The notes beneath the pieces are model-generated. The model saw nothing but the letters and a program-made list of their open reading frames with translations, was not told where the DNA came from and made no database searches. A stretch of 64,000 nucleotides of DNA from an uncultured delta proteobacterium (lineage in GTDB: Bacteria > Myxococcota > UBA727 > VGSZ01), in NCBI GenBank assembly GCA_963775425.1, contig CAVZJB010000016.1, positions 1,184,001 through 1,248,000 on the forward strand, in the 5' to 3' direction. Shown here in pieces: positions 42,767 through 52,480 of this stretch (position 1 is its first letter; every line of letters starts with the position of its first letter). The position numbers were made by a program, and so were the translations under genes.

Positions 42767-43851
42767 GCGGCGCCTCCTCCCGCGACGGCGCGCGCACCGA
42801 GGACGCCGGCGTACAGGCGCTCGGCCTCCTCGAGCTGCGCGAGCTCCACCCACTCGTCGGGCGCGTGGGCCTGGGCGATGTCCCCGGGCCCGAACACGAC
42901 GGCGTTGGCCCCGGCCTCGGAGAACAGCGCCGCCTCGGTGAAGAAGTCCACCGCGGGGCCGTCGGCGAGGCCGAGCGCCCGCGCCGCCGCCCGCGCCGGC
43001 TCCGGCCCCCCGGAGGCCGGCAGCGCCGGCGCGAGGTAGCCGCGCTTCCACGTGACCCGCGACGCGTCGGGCGCGAGCGCGCAGAGCGCGTCGACGACGG
43101 CGGCGGGATCGCCGAAGGGGCGAACGCCGAACCGCAGCGTGGCGCGCTGCGCGATCATGTTGGCCTTCACGCCGCCCTCGATGGTGCCCACGTTGAGTCT
43201 GACGTCGTGGGCGCCGGCGTATTCGAGGGCGCGCGCCCCCCAGCGCACCGCCTCGTGAACGGCGCTGTCGGCGAGGGCGCGGGCGTTGGAGGCGTGGCCG
43301 GCGACCCCGTGGAACGTCCCCGTGCACGTCCCGATGCCGCGGTGCTCGACGACGGCGCGGCAGCGGGTGGGCTCGGCGACGAGCACCGTGCGCCCCTTGA
43401 CGTCGTGCTCCGCGAGGAACGTGCGCACGCAGCGGCTCGAGCCGGCCTCCTCGTCCGACGTGAGCAAGAGCTCCGCCGGCCCCTGGGTGCCGGTCGCCGC
43501 CACGAGGAAGGCGGCCAGCGCGCCCTTGATGTCGCAGGCGCCGAGCCCCACCGCGCGCCCCCCGTCCACCTGCAGCGCGTGGGCGCCGCGGCTCCAACCC
43601 ATCGCCGCAGGCACGGTGTCGACGTGGACGTTGACGAGCGGCCCGCCCTCGCCGCGCCTGAGGTGGAGCCAGGCGCAGCCGTCGCCGAGCTCCCGGACGC
43701 CGGACGTCGCCCCGGACGCGGCTGCGAACCCGCGCGCATCGAGCGCGCCCACCGCGTACGACAGGAGCGCGAGCACCCCGGCGGGAGCGCGCGGCGGGTT
43801 CTGCGTGTCGAACGCCACGAGGCGCTCGAGGTGCGCGAGCAGCGTGGTCAC
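42763..43851 (-). CDS. argE: Acetylornithine/acetylcitrulline deacetylase (M20 family)
   Basis: LVAFDTQNPPR, NVHVDTVP, GLGACDIKG, DEEAG, AEPT, GPGDIAQAHAPDE; located in the arg operon. Confidence 0.93.
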   Translation of the reverse strand: MTTLLAHLERLVAFDTQNPPRAPAGVLALLSYAVGALDARGFAAASGATSGVRELGDGCAWLHLRRGEGGPLVNVHVDTVPAAMGWSRGAHALQVDGGRAVGLGACDIKGALAAFLVAATGTQGPAELLLTSDEEAGSSRCVRTFLAEHDVKGRTVLVAEPTRCRAVVEHRGIGTCTGTFHGVAGHASNARALADSAVHEAVRWGARALEYAGAHDVRLNVGTIEGGVKANMIAQRATLRFGVRPFGDPAAVVDALCALAPDASRVTWKRGYLAPALPASGGPEPARAAARALGLADGPAVDFFTEAALFSEAGANAVVFGPGDIAQAHAPDEWVELAQLEEAERLYAGVLGARAVAGGGAA

Positions 43852-45062
43852 CGCGGGCGCGCCTTCGGGTTCACGCGCGCCGACAGCGTCGACGACATCC
43901 CGTACAGGAGGATGAAGCCCTCGGCCTCCGCCGCCCCCCAGTCCGCGGACTGGGCGTAGACCGCGCCCTGCTTCTTCAGGATGTGGTCGGAGCGCAGCTC
44001 GACGGGGAGGACGCTGCCGCCCCAGGTCTCGAGCACCACCTCGCCCGTGACGAATTGCTGCGACGAGCGCAACAGCGCCTCGAGGTCGTCCTTCAAGGGC
44101 TCGTAGAAGAAGCCCTTGTAGACGAGCTCCACCCACTTCTTTGCTACCACAGGTTTGAAACTGTTCTGCTGGGCGGACAAGACGCCCTCCTCGAGCGCCC
44201 GGTGGGCCGTCAACAGCGCCATGAGCCCCGGGCACTCGAAGACGATGCGTCCCTTGAGGCCGATGGTGGTGTCACCGGTGTAGATGCCGCGGCCGACGCC
44301 GTACGCGCCGAACATCTCGTTCAAGGCCTGGAGCATCGCCGGGCCGTCCATGGACTGTCCGTCGAGCGACACGGGCCTGCCGGCCTCGAAGCCGAGGGTG
44401 GCGCGCAACGGGCTCCGAGGCCACCGGGTCGGGTGCGCGCACAAGGTCCACGTGTCGTCGTCGGGCGCCTTGAGATCGTCGATCTCCGAGCCCGACGCGG
44501 TCACGCCGAGGAGGTTGGCGTTGATGCTGTACTTGCCGGTCTTTTCGCGCACCGGGAAGCCGCGCTCCTCGAGGTACCGCTGCTCGAAGGCGCGCACGGC
44601 GTCGTGCTCCTTCTGGATCTCGCGGATGGGCGCCACGATGGTGTAGTCGCCCAGGGACCGCACCGACTGATCGAAGCGCACCTGGTCGTTGCCCATGCCC
44701 GTGCAGCCATGAGCGAACACGCGGGTGCCGTGGCGGTCGCACAGGCGCAGGGCGCGCTCGACGATGACGTAGCGGTCGCTCACCAGGAGCGGGTACACGT
44801 CCTGGTAGGTCTGACCGCCCATGACGAGCGGCACCACAACCTGCTCCCAGACGTCCTTTGACCCGTCCTCGGTGACGTGCTCGACGGCCCCGAGGCTCCT
44901 GGCGCGCTCCTCGATGTACCTCTTCTCCTCGGCGTCGGCGGCGCCGGTGTCGACGAAGCACGTGACGACGTCGTAGCCCTTGTCCTTGAGCCACGGAACG
45001 CAGAAGCTCGTGTCGAGCCCCCCGGAAAACGCCAGCACCACCTTCTGTTTCGTCGTCGTCAT
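43848..45062 (-). CDS. argG: Argininosuccinate synthase
   Basis: VVLAFSGGLDTS, HGCTGMGNDQVRF, YSINANLLG, GLKGRIVFECP. Confidence 0.97.
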   Translation of the reverse strand: MTTTKQKVVLAFSGGLDTSFCVPWLKDKGYDVVTCFVDTGAADAEEKRYIEERARSLGAVEHVTEDGSKDVWEQVVVPLVMGGQTYQDVYPLLVSDRYVIVERALRLCDRHGTRVFAHGCTGMGNDQVRFDQSVRSLGDYTIVAPIREIQKEHDAVRAFEQRYLEERGFPVREKTGKYSINANLLGVTASGSEIDDLKAPDDDTWTLCAHPTRWPRSPLRATLGFEAGRPVSLDGQSMDGPAMLQALNEMFGAYGVGRGIYTGDTTIGLKGRIVFECPGLMALLTAHRALEEGVLSAQQNSFKPVVAKKWVELVYKGFFYEPLKDDLEALLRSSQQFVTGEVVLETWGGSVLPVELRSDHILKKQGAVYAQSADWGAAEAEGFILLYGMSSTLSARVNPKARPR

Positions 45063-46048
45063 CGCACCAATCTCCTCAAGAGCGCCTTTTGCACATGCAG
45101 GCGGTTGTCCGCCTCGTCGATGTGGATGGCCGCCGGTGAGTCGAGCACCTCGTCGGTGACCTTGACGTTTCTGCGCACCGGCAGGCAGTGCGAGAACACC
45201 GCGCCCGGCTTGGCCAGCGCCATCTTGTCGGCGTCGACCATGAAGTGCTTGTGGGCCTCGCGGATGGGCTTCTCCTCGTCCCAGCGCCCGAAGTACGGCA
45301 GGGCGCCCCAGCTCTTGGCGTACACGACGTCGGCGCCGGCGTAGCCGTCCTTGATGTCGTGGGTGACGCGGACGCGGTCGGCGGCGGCGCTCATGTAGCG
45401 CTCGTCGAGGACGTAGTCGGGCGTGGGGCACAGCAAGGTGACGTCCATGCCGAACTTGGCGGCGATGATGACCGCCGAGTTGGCGACGGCGGTGTTGAGC
45501 GGGCGCGGGTGGTACGTCCAGGTCAGCGTGAGCTTCTTCCCGTCCACGGAGCCGAAGCGCTCCTGGAGCGCGAGCATCAACGCGAGCTCCTGGCAGGGGT
45601 GCGTGATGGTCTCCATGTTGATGACGGGGACAGTGGCAAAGCGGGCGAAGGAGCGAAGCACGCGATCTTCGCGGTCTTCCTCCCAGCGCTGGAACTTCGG
45701 AAAGGCGCGCACGGCGATGACGTCGACCCAGCGCGACAGCACGCGCGCGACCTCCTTGACGTGCTCCTCGGCCTCGCCGTCCATGACGGCGCCGTCGTCG
45801 AAGGAGATGGGCCAGGCGCCCTTGCCCGGCTCGAGCACGATGGCCTTGCCGCCGAGCTGGTGGACGCCAAGCTCGAAGCTGGTGCGGGTGCGCAGCGACG
45901 GGTTGAAGAACAGGAGCGCGACCGACTTGCCGGCGAGGTCGGCGGACGCAGGTTCCGCCTTCAAGGCGCGCGCGTCGTCGAGGATCTGCTGAAGCTCGAC
46001 GCGAGACCAGTCGAGGGTGGTGAGGAAGTGCTGCAAGGCTCCGGGCAT
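45059..46048 (-). CDS. argF: N-acetylornithine carbamoyltransferase (AOTCase, ArgF')
   Basis: FNPSLRTRTSF, MDGEAEEH, RAFPKF, NMETITHPCQEL, TWTYHPRPLNTAVANS, YAKSWG, HCLPVRRNVKV match the Xanthomonas-type AOTCase signature rather than OTCase. Confidence 0.93.
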   Translation of the reverse strand: MPGALQHFLTTLDWSRVELQQILDDARALKAEPASADLAGKSVALLFFNPSLRTRTSFELGVHQLGGKAIVLEPGKGAWPISFDDGAVMDGEAEEHVKEVARVLSRWVDVIAVRAFPKFQRWEEDREDRVLRSFARFATVPVINMETITHPCQELALMLALQERFGSVDGKKLTLTWTYHPRPLNTAVANSAVIIAAKFGMDVTLLCPTPDYVLDERYMSAAADRVRVTHDIKDGYAGADVVYAKSWGALPYFGRWDEEKPIREAHKHFMVDADKMALAKPGAVFSHCLPVRRNVKVTDEVLDSPAAIHIDEADNRLHVQKALLRRLVR

Positions 46049-46117
46049 GCCTCCTGATGACGCAGATCGATAAGCAGCGCTAGAGGCGGGTCAGCGGCCG
46101 GGGTAGGCTCGCCGGCC

Positions 46118-46612
46118 ATGAGCCGAAGCCTTGCCGCCGTCCTCGTCGCCATGGTCGTCGCCACCGGGCTGTACAGCGCCGGTGCGCGGGCCGCGCGCGC
46201 CGTCATCGTCATCCGTCACGCAGAGAAGGAGCGAGACGCGGGCAAGGACCCCGACCTGAGCATCACCGGCGAGGATCGCGCTCTTTCGCTCACCACGTTC
46301 CTCCACCACGACAAGATCGACGCCATCTACGTCACCGAATACAAGCGGACGCAGAAGACGGCGGCCGCTTTGGCGGAGCTCAAGGGCGTGAAGCCCGTGG
46401 TGGTGAAGGCCGGCGACACCAAAGGGCTGGTGGCGAAGATCGCGGCGCTGCCCAAGGATGCCGTGGTGGTGGTGGTCGGCCACTCGAACACGGTGCCGGA
46501 GATCCTCGCCGCCCTCGGCGTCAAGGACAAGGTCAGCCTCCGGGAGAACGAGTACAACCGCGTCTTCGTCGTCACCCCGAAGGACGGCGGCCTGCTCGAG
46601 TTCACGTACTGA
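46118..46612 (+). CDS. Exported histidine-phosphatase-family protein
   Basis: Signal peptide, IRHAEK, RTQKTA, VVGHSNTVP. Confidence 0.88.
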   Translation: MSRSLAAVLVAMVVATGLYSAGARAARAVIVIRHAEKERDAGKDPDLSITGEDRALSLTTFLHHDKIDAIYVTEYKRTQKTAAALAELKGVKPVVVKAGDTKGLVAKIAALPKDAVVVVVGHSNTVPEILAALGVKDKVSLRENEYNRVFVVTPKDGGLLEFTY

Positions 46613-46625
46613 GCGGCCCGGCGGC

Positions 46626-46681
46626 GGAATTCGCGGCGGCGACGTCGTCATGAAGCACGACGTCGTCCCGCCGCGAATTCC
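46626..46681. terminator. Long inverted repeat between convergent genes (possible bidirectional terminator)
   Basis: ggaattcgcggcgg-cgacgtcgt ... acgacgtcg-tc-ccgccgcgaattcc; no U-tract. Confidence 0.6.
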
Positions 46682-46690
46682 CTGACGCGC

Positions 46691-46963
46691 TCAGTTCGGC
46701 TTGGCGCCGCAGCTGCCTTCGCCGCAGCTGCCTTCGCCGGCCTTGGCGCCCGCGTCGCCGGAGGCGGCGTCGTCCTTGGCCTTGTCGCCGCCGCAGCTCC
46801 CTTCCTTGGCCTTGTCGCCGCCGCAGCTGCCCTCGGCGGGCTTGGCGGCGGCCGCGTCGGACGAGGTGGGGGCGGCGTCCGGCTTGGCGGAGCTCGAGGC
46901 GCAGCCGATGGTGCTGATCATGAGGGCGGTACCGACGGTCGCGAGCAGGGTGGTCTTCTTCAT
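46691..46963 (-). CDS. Small lipoprotein with 4 EGSCG repeats; HvfA/bufferin-like RiPP precursor candidate
   Basis: MKKTTLLATVGTALMISTIGC lipobox; AEGSCGGDKAKEGSCGGDKAK...GEGSCGEGSCGAKPN; GGAG RBS. Confidence 0.82.
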   Translation of the reverse strand: MKKTTLLATVGTALMISTIGCASSSAKPDAAPTSSDAAAAKPAEGSCGGDKAKEGSCGGDKAKDDAASGDAGAKAGEGSCGEGSCGAKPN

Positions 46964-46992
46964 CGATCTTCTCCGTGGGGGTCTGCGGGTGG

Positions 46993-47021
46993 ATTACGGC
47001 GCAAGACGCCCCGCGGTTGCA
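46993..47021 (-). promoter_or_regulatory. Putative ECF sigma promoter
   Basis: Minus strand TGCAACC-N16-CGTAAT about 30 bp before the ATG of the EGSCG peptide. Confidence 0.55.
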
Positions 47022-47047
47022 GGGATAGCACGAGATCCGGGGGCCCC

Positions 47048-49496
47048 TCAGGCGAGGGTCACAACGGTCCAACTGTCGCCGCCCTCGTCGGCGTCGGCGG
47101 CGGCGGCGCGTGCGACGTAGCGGCTGGTGGCCAGCGCCCCGCGGATCTGCTTCTTCAGCGCGCCGCTGCCGTGGCCGTGGAGGATGTAGCCCCGTGTACG
47201 CCCGTCGCGCAGCAGCCGGTCCAGGAAGGCGTCCACCAGCTCCACGGCCTCTTCGCCGCGCCGGCCGCGCACGTCGAGGGTGTTGTCGGCGGTGCGCGGC
47301 TCCGTCGGCGAGCCCGACGGCGCCGCCTGCTTGGGCGGCTCGCTCCTTCCGGACGACTTGCGCTCGGGCTCCGGGGAGCGGAGCTGATCGACGGTGGAGC
47401 GCATCTTGACCGCGCCGCGGGCGACGAGGACGTCGTCGCCGTCCACCTCGAGCACCGTCACCCGGCTGCCGGGGAGGCTCGACAGCTCGACGAGGTCGCC
47501 CACCTTCACCGACACGGGCCGCGTGCGCTCCGCGCGCGGCGGCGGCGCGTCCACGTCGGCGCGCGCCTGCGACTCGAGCGCCCGCAGCTCCTGGCTGGCC
47601 TTGTTGATCGCGCGCGCGTCGCCGCCCTTGGTCACCTCGATGGCCTCCGCCACCGCCTTGCGCGCCTCCTTGAGCTCGTCGAGGAAGGCGCGCTTGCCCT
47701 CCTTGCGCAGCCGGGCGGCCTCCCGCTCGACGTCCGCAAGCTTGCGCTCGAATCTTCTGGGACTCCGCCTCGAGCTTCTGCCGCGCGGCCTCGGCGTCGT
47801 CGAGCTTGGCCTGCAGCGCGCTCTTCTGCTCCGACAGCGTGCGCAGCACGGTCTGGAGCTCCTTTTCGTCCGGCGACAGGAGCGCCTCCGCGCGCTCGAT
47901 GACGGCGGGCGGGAGGCCGAAGCGGCGGGCGGCGTCGAACGCGTTGGACGCCCCGGCCTGGTCGAGGACGACGTGGAACGTGGGCCGGCCGGCGGCGTCG
48001 AGGGCGACGGACGCGTTCCTGAAGCGGGCACCCTCGGGCTTGTCGGCGTCGAGGACGCCGAGCACCTTGAGCCGCTCGTAGTGGGTGGTGGCGATGACAA
48101 ACGCGCCCATCTCCACCACGTGCTCGAGGGTCGCCTGCGCGAGCGCGGCGCCCTGCGCCGGATCGGTCCCCGCGAGGAGCTCGTCGAGCAGACAGAGCAC
48201 GGGGCCGCGGTCCACCTGCCCCGCGATCTCCTCGAGGATGCCGCGCAGGATGACGAGGTGCCCCGAGAAGCTCGACAGCGCGCCCTCGAGGCTCTGCGCG
48301 TCGCCGATGGAGACGGACACGGACGAAAACGCGGGGATGACGCTCCCGTCGCCGACCGGCGCGGGGAGGCCCGCGCGCGCGAGCAGGGCCACGAGGCCCG
48401 CCGTCTTCAAAGCGACCGTCTTCCCGCCGGCGTTGGGGCCGGAGATGACGAGCGCGCGGGCGGCGCCGAAGGCGATGTCGTTGCCGATGACGCGGCCGGC
48501 GGCGCGGCCCGCGCGCAGGGCCTCGTCGTGCAGGAGCTCGAGCAGCGGGTGGCGCGCGTTCTTCAGCGAGAGCATCCGCCCGGTGGGATCGATCTCGGCG
48601 CGACGGCCGTCGACGCGGGCGGCGAAGGTGCCCCGCGCGAAGGCGGCCTCGATGCGGCCCGCGCGGGCGAGGTCCGCGAGCAGGCGGCCGCCGAGCTCGG
48701 CCACCTCGAGGCTCAGCTCACGCAGGATGCGCTGCTCCTCCTGCTCGACGTCGGCGCGGGCGATCTTGATGCGGTTGCCGAGCTGGAGCAGCGCGCGCGG
48801 CTCCACGTAGACGGTCTGGTTGGTCTGCGACGCGTCGTGGACGATGCCCTCGACGCGCGCCTGGAACTCGGACTTCACGGGCAACACGTAGCGGTCGTTG
48901 CGCACCGTGAAGTTGCGGTCGCGCAGCAGCCCGGACTCGTCGAGGTCCCGCACGAGCGCCGTGAGCTGATCCTGCGCCTCGGCGCGCAGCGCGCGCACCT
49001 TCTGCCGGAGCGCGAGCAGCTCCGGCGAGGCGTCGTCGGTCATCTGCCCCTGCTCGTCGAACGAGCGCAGCACGCGTTTGACGAAGCGCCGATCGTCGTC
49101 GATCTGCGCGCCCACGACGACGAGGCGCGGCGCGCTCTCGGCCTGGAAGGTGACGACGTCGTGCAGGCGAGCGAGCGCGTCGAGGGTCTTGGCGACGTCG
49201 ACGATGTCGATGGCCCCGAGCACCACCCCCTTGCCGGCGGCGTCGATGACGTGGCGCACGTCGTGGATGCCGCCGAAGTCCGGGGCGACCTTGCGCTCCA
49301 CCGCCGCCCGCGCCTCGAGCGCCTCTTCGAGCCGTGCGTGCACGGCGTCGAGCGAGGTGGGGAACGGATCGTCCTGCAAGGCGAGGAGGCCGAAGGGGGT
49401 CTTGCACGTAGACGCGAGCACCTCCTGGACCTCGGTGAAGCCGAGGTCACGCGCGGCGCGCGCGGACAGGTGCAGGGCGACGAGCTCGCTGCTCAT
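47048..49496 (-). pseudogene. mutS2: MutS2 (endonuclease/ribosome rescue), frameshifted at about 47751 (real lesion or assembly indel)
   Basis: GIVHDASQTNQTVYVEP, ARHPLL, ISGPNAGGKT, IGDAQS..LSSFSGH, LLDELLAGTDP, TTHY; one extra base (aag att cga vs aag atc gag) shifts into the coiled coil, KOW and Smr 'LDVRG...ILHGHGSGAL' region. Confidence 0.9.
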
Positions 49497-49631
49497 GGGG
49501 CACATCCTCGCCCACACCGTCGTCGTGGAGAAGCCCCCTTCGGAGCGCGTTCGAACCGCCGAGCTCGCCAAGCGGCCGCGGAAGGGCGCGCGCGGCTCGC
49601 GCCGGGACGATCGATCTGCGAAAACCGCGCT

Positions 49632-50480
49632 GTGCGCCGCTTGCACCGCCCGCCCCTGCTCGTCGTCGCCGCGCTGGCGTCGCTGGCGGCGTTCGCCGCG
49701 GGGTGCGCGTCGGCGCCGCCGCCGCATCGCACGCACCTCGGCGCGGTGCTCGACCTCCCCGGCGACGACGTCGAGCTGGCCCCGGCCCCCGAGGAGGGCC
49801 GCACCGACGATGATCGCGCGCGGGCGAAGCAATTGCTGGCGGACGGCGCGCGCCTGCGCGATCAGGGCGACCTCGCCGGCTCGCAAAAGGCGCTCGAGCA
49901 GGCGCTGCAGCTCGACGCGAGCCTCGCGCGCGCACACGTCGAGTGGGCCCTCACCTCCGAGGGGCTCGGCGTCGACCCCGCCCTCGTCGCCGCGCACTAT
50001 CAGCTCGGTGCGCGCCTCGCGCCCGACGACGCGCGCGCCCAGACGCTGGCGGCGTCGTGGGCCGAGCGCCACGGCGACGTCACGCGCGCCCTCGAAGGCT
50101 ACGACCGCGCGATCGCCGCCGATCCGCGCTCCGTCGAGGCGCTGTGCCGAAAGGCCGGGCTCCTGCTCACGCGCGGCGACCCGGCCGCCGCCGTCACGTC
50201 GTACGAGCGCGCGCTCGCCGTCGACGATCAATCCGTCCCCGCGCTCATGGGGCTGGCGCACGCGGCCGAGGTGGCCGGCGACGCCGACAAGGCGGAGCAC
50301 GCGCTGCGCAGCCTCGTCACCCGGTTCCCCACGGCGACGATCTACCGCTCGCGGCTCATCGAGCTGTTCCATCGCACCGGGCAGACCGCCAAGGCGAGGG
50401 CGGCGCAGCGCGAGCTGGACAAGCTCCTGCCGAAGGACACGCGCCACCTCCGCAAGCTGCGCAAGCGCCGCCGGCACTGA
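49632..50480 (+). CDS. TPR-repeat lipoprotein
   Basis: LAAFAAGC lipobox; about 6 TPR-like units (LEQALQLD, YDRAIAADP, YERALAVD); basic C-terminus. Confidence 0.83.
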   Translation: MRRLHRPPLLVVAALASLAAFAAGCASAPPPHRTHLGAVLDLPGDDVELAPAPEEGRTDDDRARAKQLLADGARLRDQGDLAGSQKALEQALQLDASLARAHVEWALTSEGLGVDPALVAAHYQLGARLAPDDARAQTLAASWAERHGDVTRALEGYDRAIAADPRSVEALCRKAGLLLTRGDPAAAVTSYERALAVDDQSVPALMGLAHAAEVAGDADKAEHALRSLVTRFPTATIYRSRLIELFHRTGQTAKARAAQRELDKLLPKDTRHLRKLRKRRRH

Positions 50481-50587
50481 CCCGGCGGCGGCGTGGGGCA
50501 ATGCGCCGCAGTGACGACGTCGATCACGCGCGCTCCGGGTGAAATCACCCGGATCGCGCAGGCGGTAGGCGGACGTAGGACGCTTCG

Positions 50588-51091
50588 ATGACGACTCGAC
50601 GAAACTTCCTGATGATCGTGGGTGCGGGCGCGAGCGCGATGTCCGTCGTGGGCATCGCCGGGGCGTGCGGCCCGCCGGGCCCGTCCATCGGCGAGGGCGA
50701 AGGCGAGGGAGAGGGAGAAGGCGAAGGAGAGGGCGAGGGCGATCCCCCGCCCGTCGGCCTCGACGTCGGCTCCGTCGCCGACATCAACGTCGGCCAGGTG
50801 AAGCAGATCTTCGGGCACGCGCTGCTCCTCGGGCGCGACACCGGCGGCATCTACGCCATGAGCGCCATCTGCACGCACGCCGGCTGTGACATGAGCGGCT
50901 TCGCGGGGACCGTGCAGCAGAGCGGCTCCGTCCGCTGCAACTGCCACGGCTCCGTCTTCTCGGCGAACGGCGACGCGATCGTCGGGCCCGCGCACATCGC
51001 GCTCAGGCACTTCGCCGTCACCGTGGCCAACGGCGAGATCTTCGTCGACACCAACAACACGGTTGCACAGAGCACGCGCGCGGCCGTCTAG
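50588..51091 (+). CDS. Tat-exported Rieske [2Fe-2S] lipoprotein with (GE)8 linker
   Basis: TRRNFL twin-arginine motif, AGAC lipobox, CTHAGC...CNCHGSVF, GPA..AL. Confidence 0.92.
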   Translation: MTTRRNFLMIVGAGASAMSVVGIAGACGPPGPSIGEGEGEGEGEGEGEGEGDPPPVGLDVGSVADINVGQVKQIFGHALLLGRDTGGIYAMSAICTHAGCDMSGFAGTVQQSGSVRCNCHGSVFSANGDAIVGPAHIALRHFAVTVANGEIFVDTNNTVAQSTRAAV

Positions 51092-51366
51092 CGGATACAG
51101 GCGGCGCCTTCGCCGATGCGGCGCGCCAGCAGCCGCCGCAGATCCCGGCGCATCATGCGGACGACGTCGTCGGCGACGACGCGGCCGGTGCGGCGCTCGA
51201 TCCACGCGCACGCCAGGGCGACGGCGTCCTCGCAGGCGCGCGCGTTCACGCGATTGCCGTCGAGGCGCGACGTGAGGAAGTGCGCGACGCCGAAACGGTC
51301 GACGAGGATGCCGAGGAGCCGGCGCGCCCGGCGAACGTGATCGAGATCGGTGCACGCGGCGTCCAT
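51088..51366 (-). CDS. Hypothetical small helical protein
   Basis: 92 aa with amphipathic helices; fills the gap between genes; 4-bp overlap of convergent stops. Confidence 0.5.
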   Translation of the reverse strand: MDAACTDLDHVRRARRLLGILVDRFGVAHFLTSRLDGNRVNARACEDAVALACAWIERRTGRVVADDVVRMMRRDLRRLLARRIGEGAACIR

Positions 51367-51458
51367 GCCGGCGATCTTCCACGCGGACCGGCGGCGGTTC
51401 CATTTTTCGGCCGATCGTCGACGCAAGGACGCGAGACGCGCCGGAGTACGATGGCTCC

Positions 51459-52376
51459 ATGGAGCGCCTCGGGCCCTACAACGTGCTCGGCCGCATCGGC
51501 ACCGGCGGCAGCGCCGACCTCCTGCTTGCGCTCCCCGTGCACGCCGGGCCGCGCGTCGTGCTGAAGAAGCTGCACGCGCACCTCGCCGACAACGAGGACT
51601 ACGTGCGCATGTTCCGCGCGGAGGCGCGGGTGATGTCGCTGCTGCGACACCAAAACGTGGTGCGCGTCGTCGACGACGGCGCCGCGGTCGACGACGACGG
51701 AGCGATCTTCTTCGCGATGGAGCTCGTGGACGGGCCGAACCTCGCGGCGGTGCACCGGCTCCTGATGGCGCGCGGCGACGTCTGCCCCCCGGCGGTCGCG
51801 GTCGCCGTCGCCGCGCGCGTCGCCGCCGGCCTCGACTTCGTCCACCGGGCGCTCGACCCGACCACGGGCGAGCCCTTGTCGCTCGTGCATCGGGACGTGG
51901 CGCCGTCGAACATCCTCGTATCGCGCGACGGAGACGTGAAGCTCACCGACTTCGGCGTCGTGAAGCTGCCGAGGCGTGGCGAGGGGTTCCTGTCGTCGGC
52001 GTCGACGGCGGGGGGCGTGCTCAAAGGCCACCTCGCCACGATGTCGCCCGAACAGCTCCGCGGCGGCGTCGTCGACGCGCGCACCGACCTGTACGCGCTG
52101 GGCGTGGTGCTGTGGGAGGCGCTCGCGGGGCGGCGCATGTTCGAGGGGACGCCGCTCGAGCTCGTCGACCGCATCGTGAACGAGGTGCCCCCGGCGCTCG
52201 ACGGCGTCGATCCCGATCTGGCGGCGCTGGTGGCGAGCATGCTCGCGAAGGATCCGGCGGCGCGGCCGGAGAGCGCCGCCGTGGTGCGGGACGCGCTTGG
52301 CGCGCTCCGCCCCGCGAACGCCGGCGAGGTGGCGAACGTCATTCGCTCGCTCAAGGTCCCGTCGCTCCGCGCGTGA
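51459..52376 (+). CDS. Stand-alone Ser/Thr kinase domain protein
   Basis: IGTGGSA, VVLKKL, HRDVAPSN, DFGVVK, MSPEQ, DLYALG; 305 aa. Confidence 0.9.
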   Translation: MERLGPYNVLGRIGTGGSADLLLALPVHAGPRVVLKKLHAHLADNEDYVRMFRAEARVMSLLRHQNVVRVVDDGAAVDDDGAIFFAMELVDGPNLAAVHRLLMARGDVCPPAVAVAVAARVAAGLDFVHRALDPTTGEPLSLVHRDVAPSNILVSRDGDVKLTDFGVVKLPRRGEGFLSSASTAGGVLKGHLATMSPEQLRGGVVDARTDLYALGVVLWEALAGRRMFEGTPLELVDRIVNEVPPALDGVDPDLAALVASMLAKDPAARPESAAVVRDALGALRPANAGEVANVIRSLKVPSLRA

Positions 52377-52480
52377 GGCCCGCGTGACAACTTGCCCCCG
52401 GCCCGCCCGCGCCCCGGCGCCGGCCGGCCCGCGCTGCGGAAAGGGTGCGCCGGCCGTTGCGCGCGGCCGAGGCGGTTGCG

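Noticed and set aside
42767-43597. N-terminal extension making the ArgB/C ORF 1032 aa
   Set aside because: Overlaps argE out of frame; the real start is GTG 42766.
46602-50501. 1299-aa ORF read as an extended MutS2
   Set aside because: The N-terminus is antisense to the TPR gene and the C-terminus is out-of-frame read-through after the 47751 frameshift.
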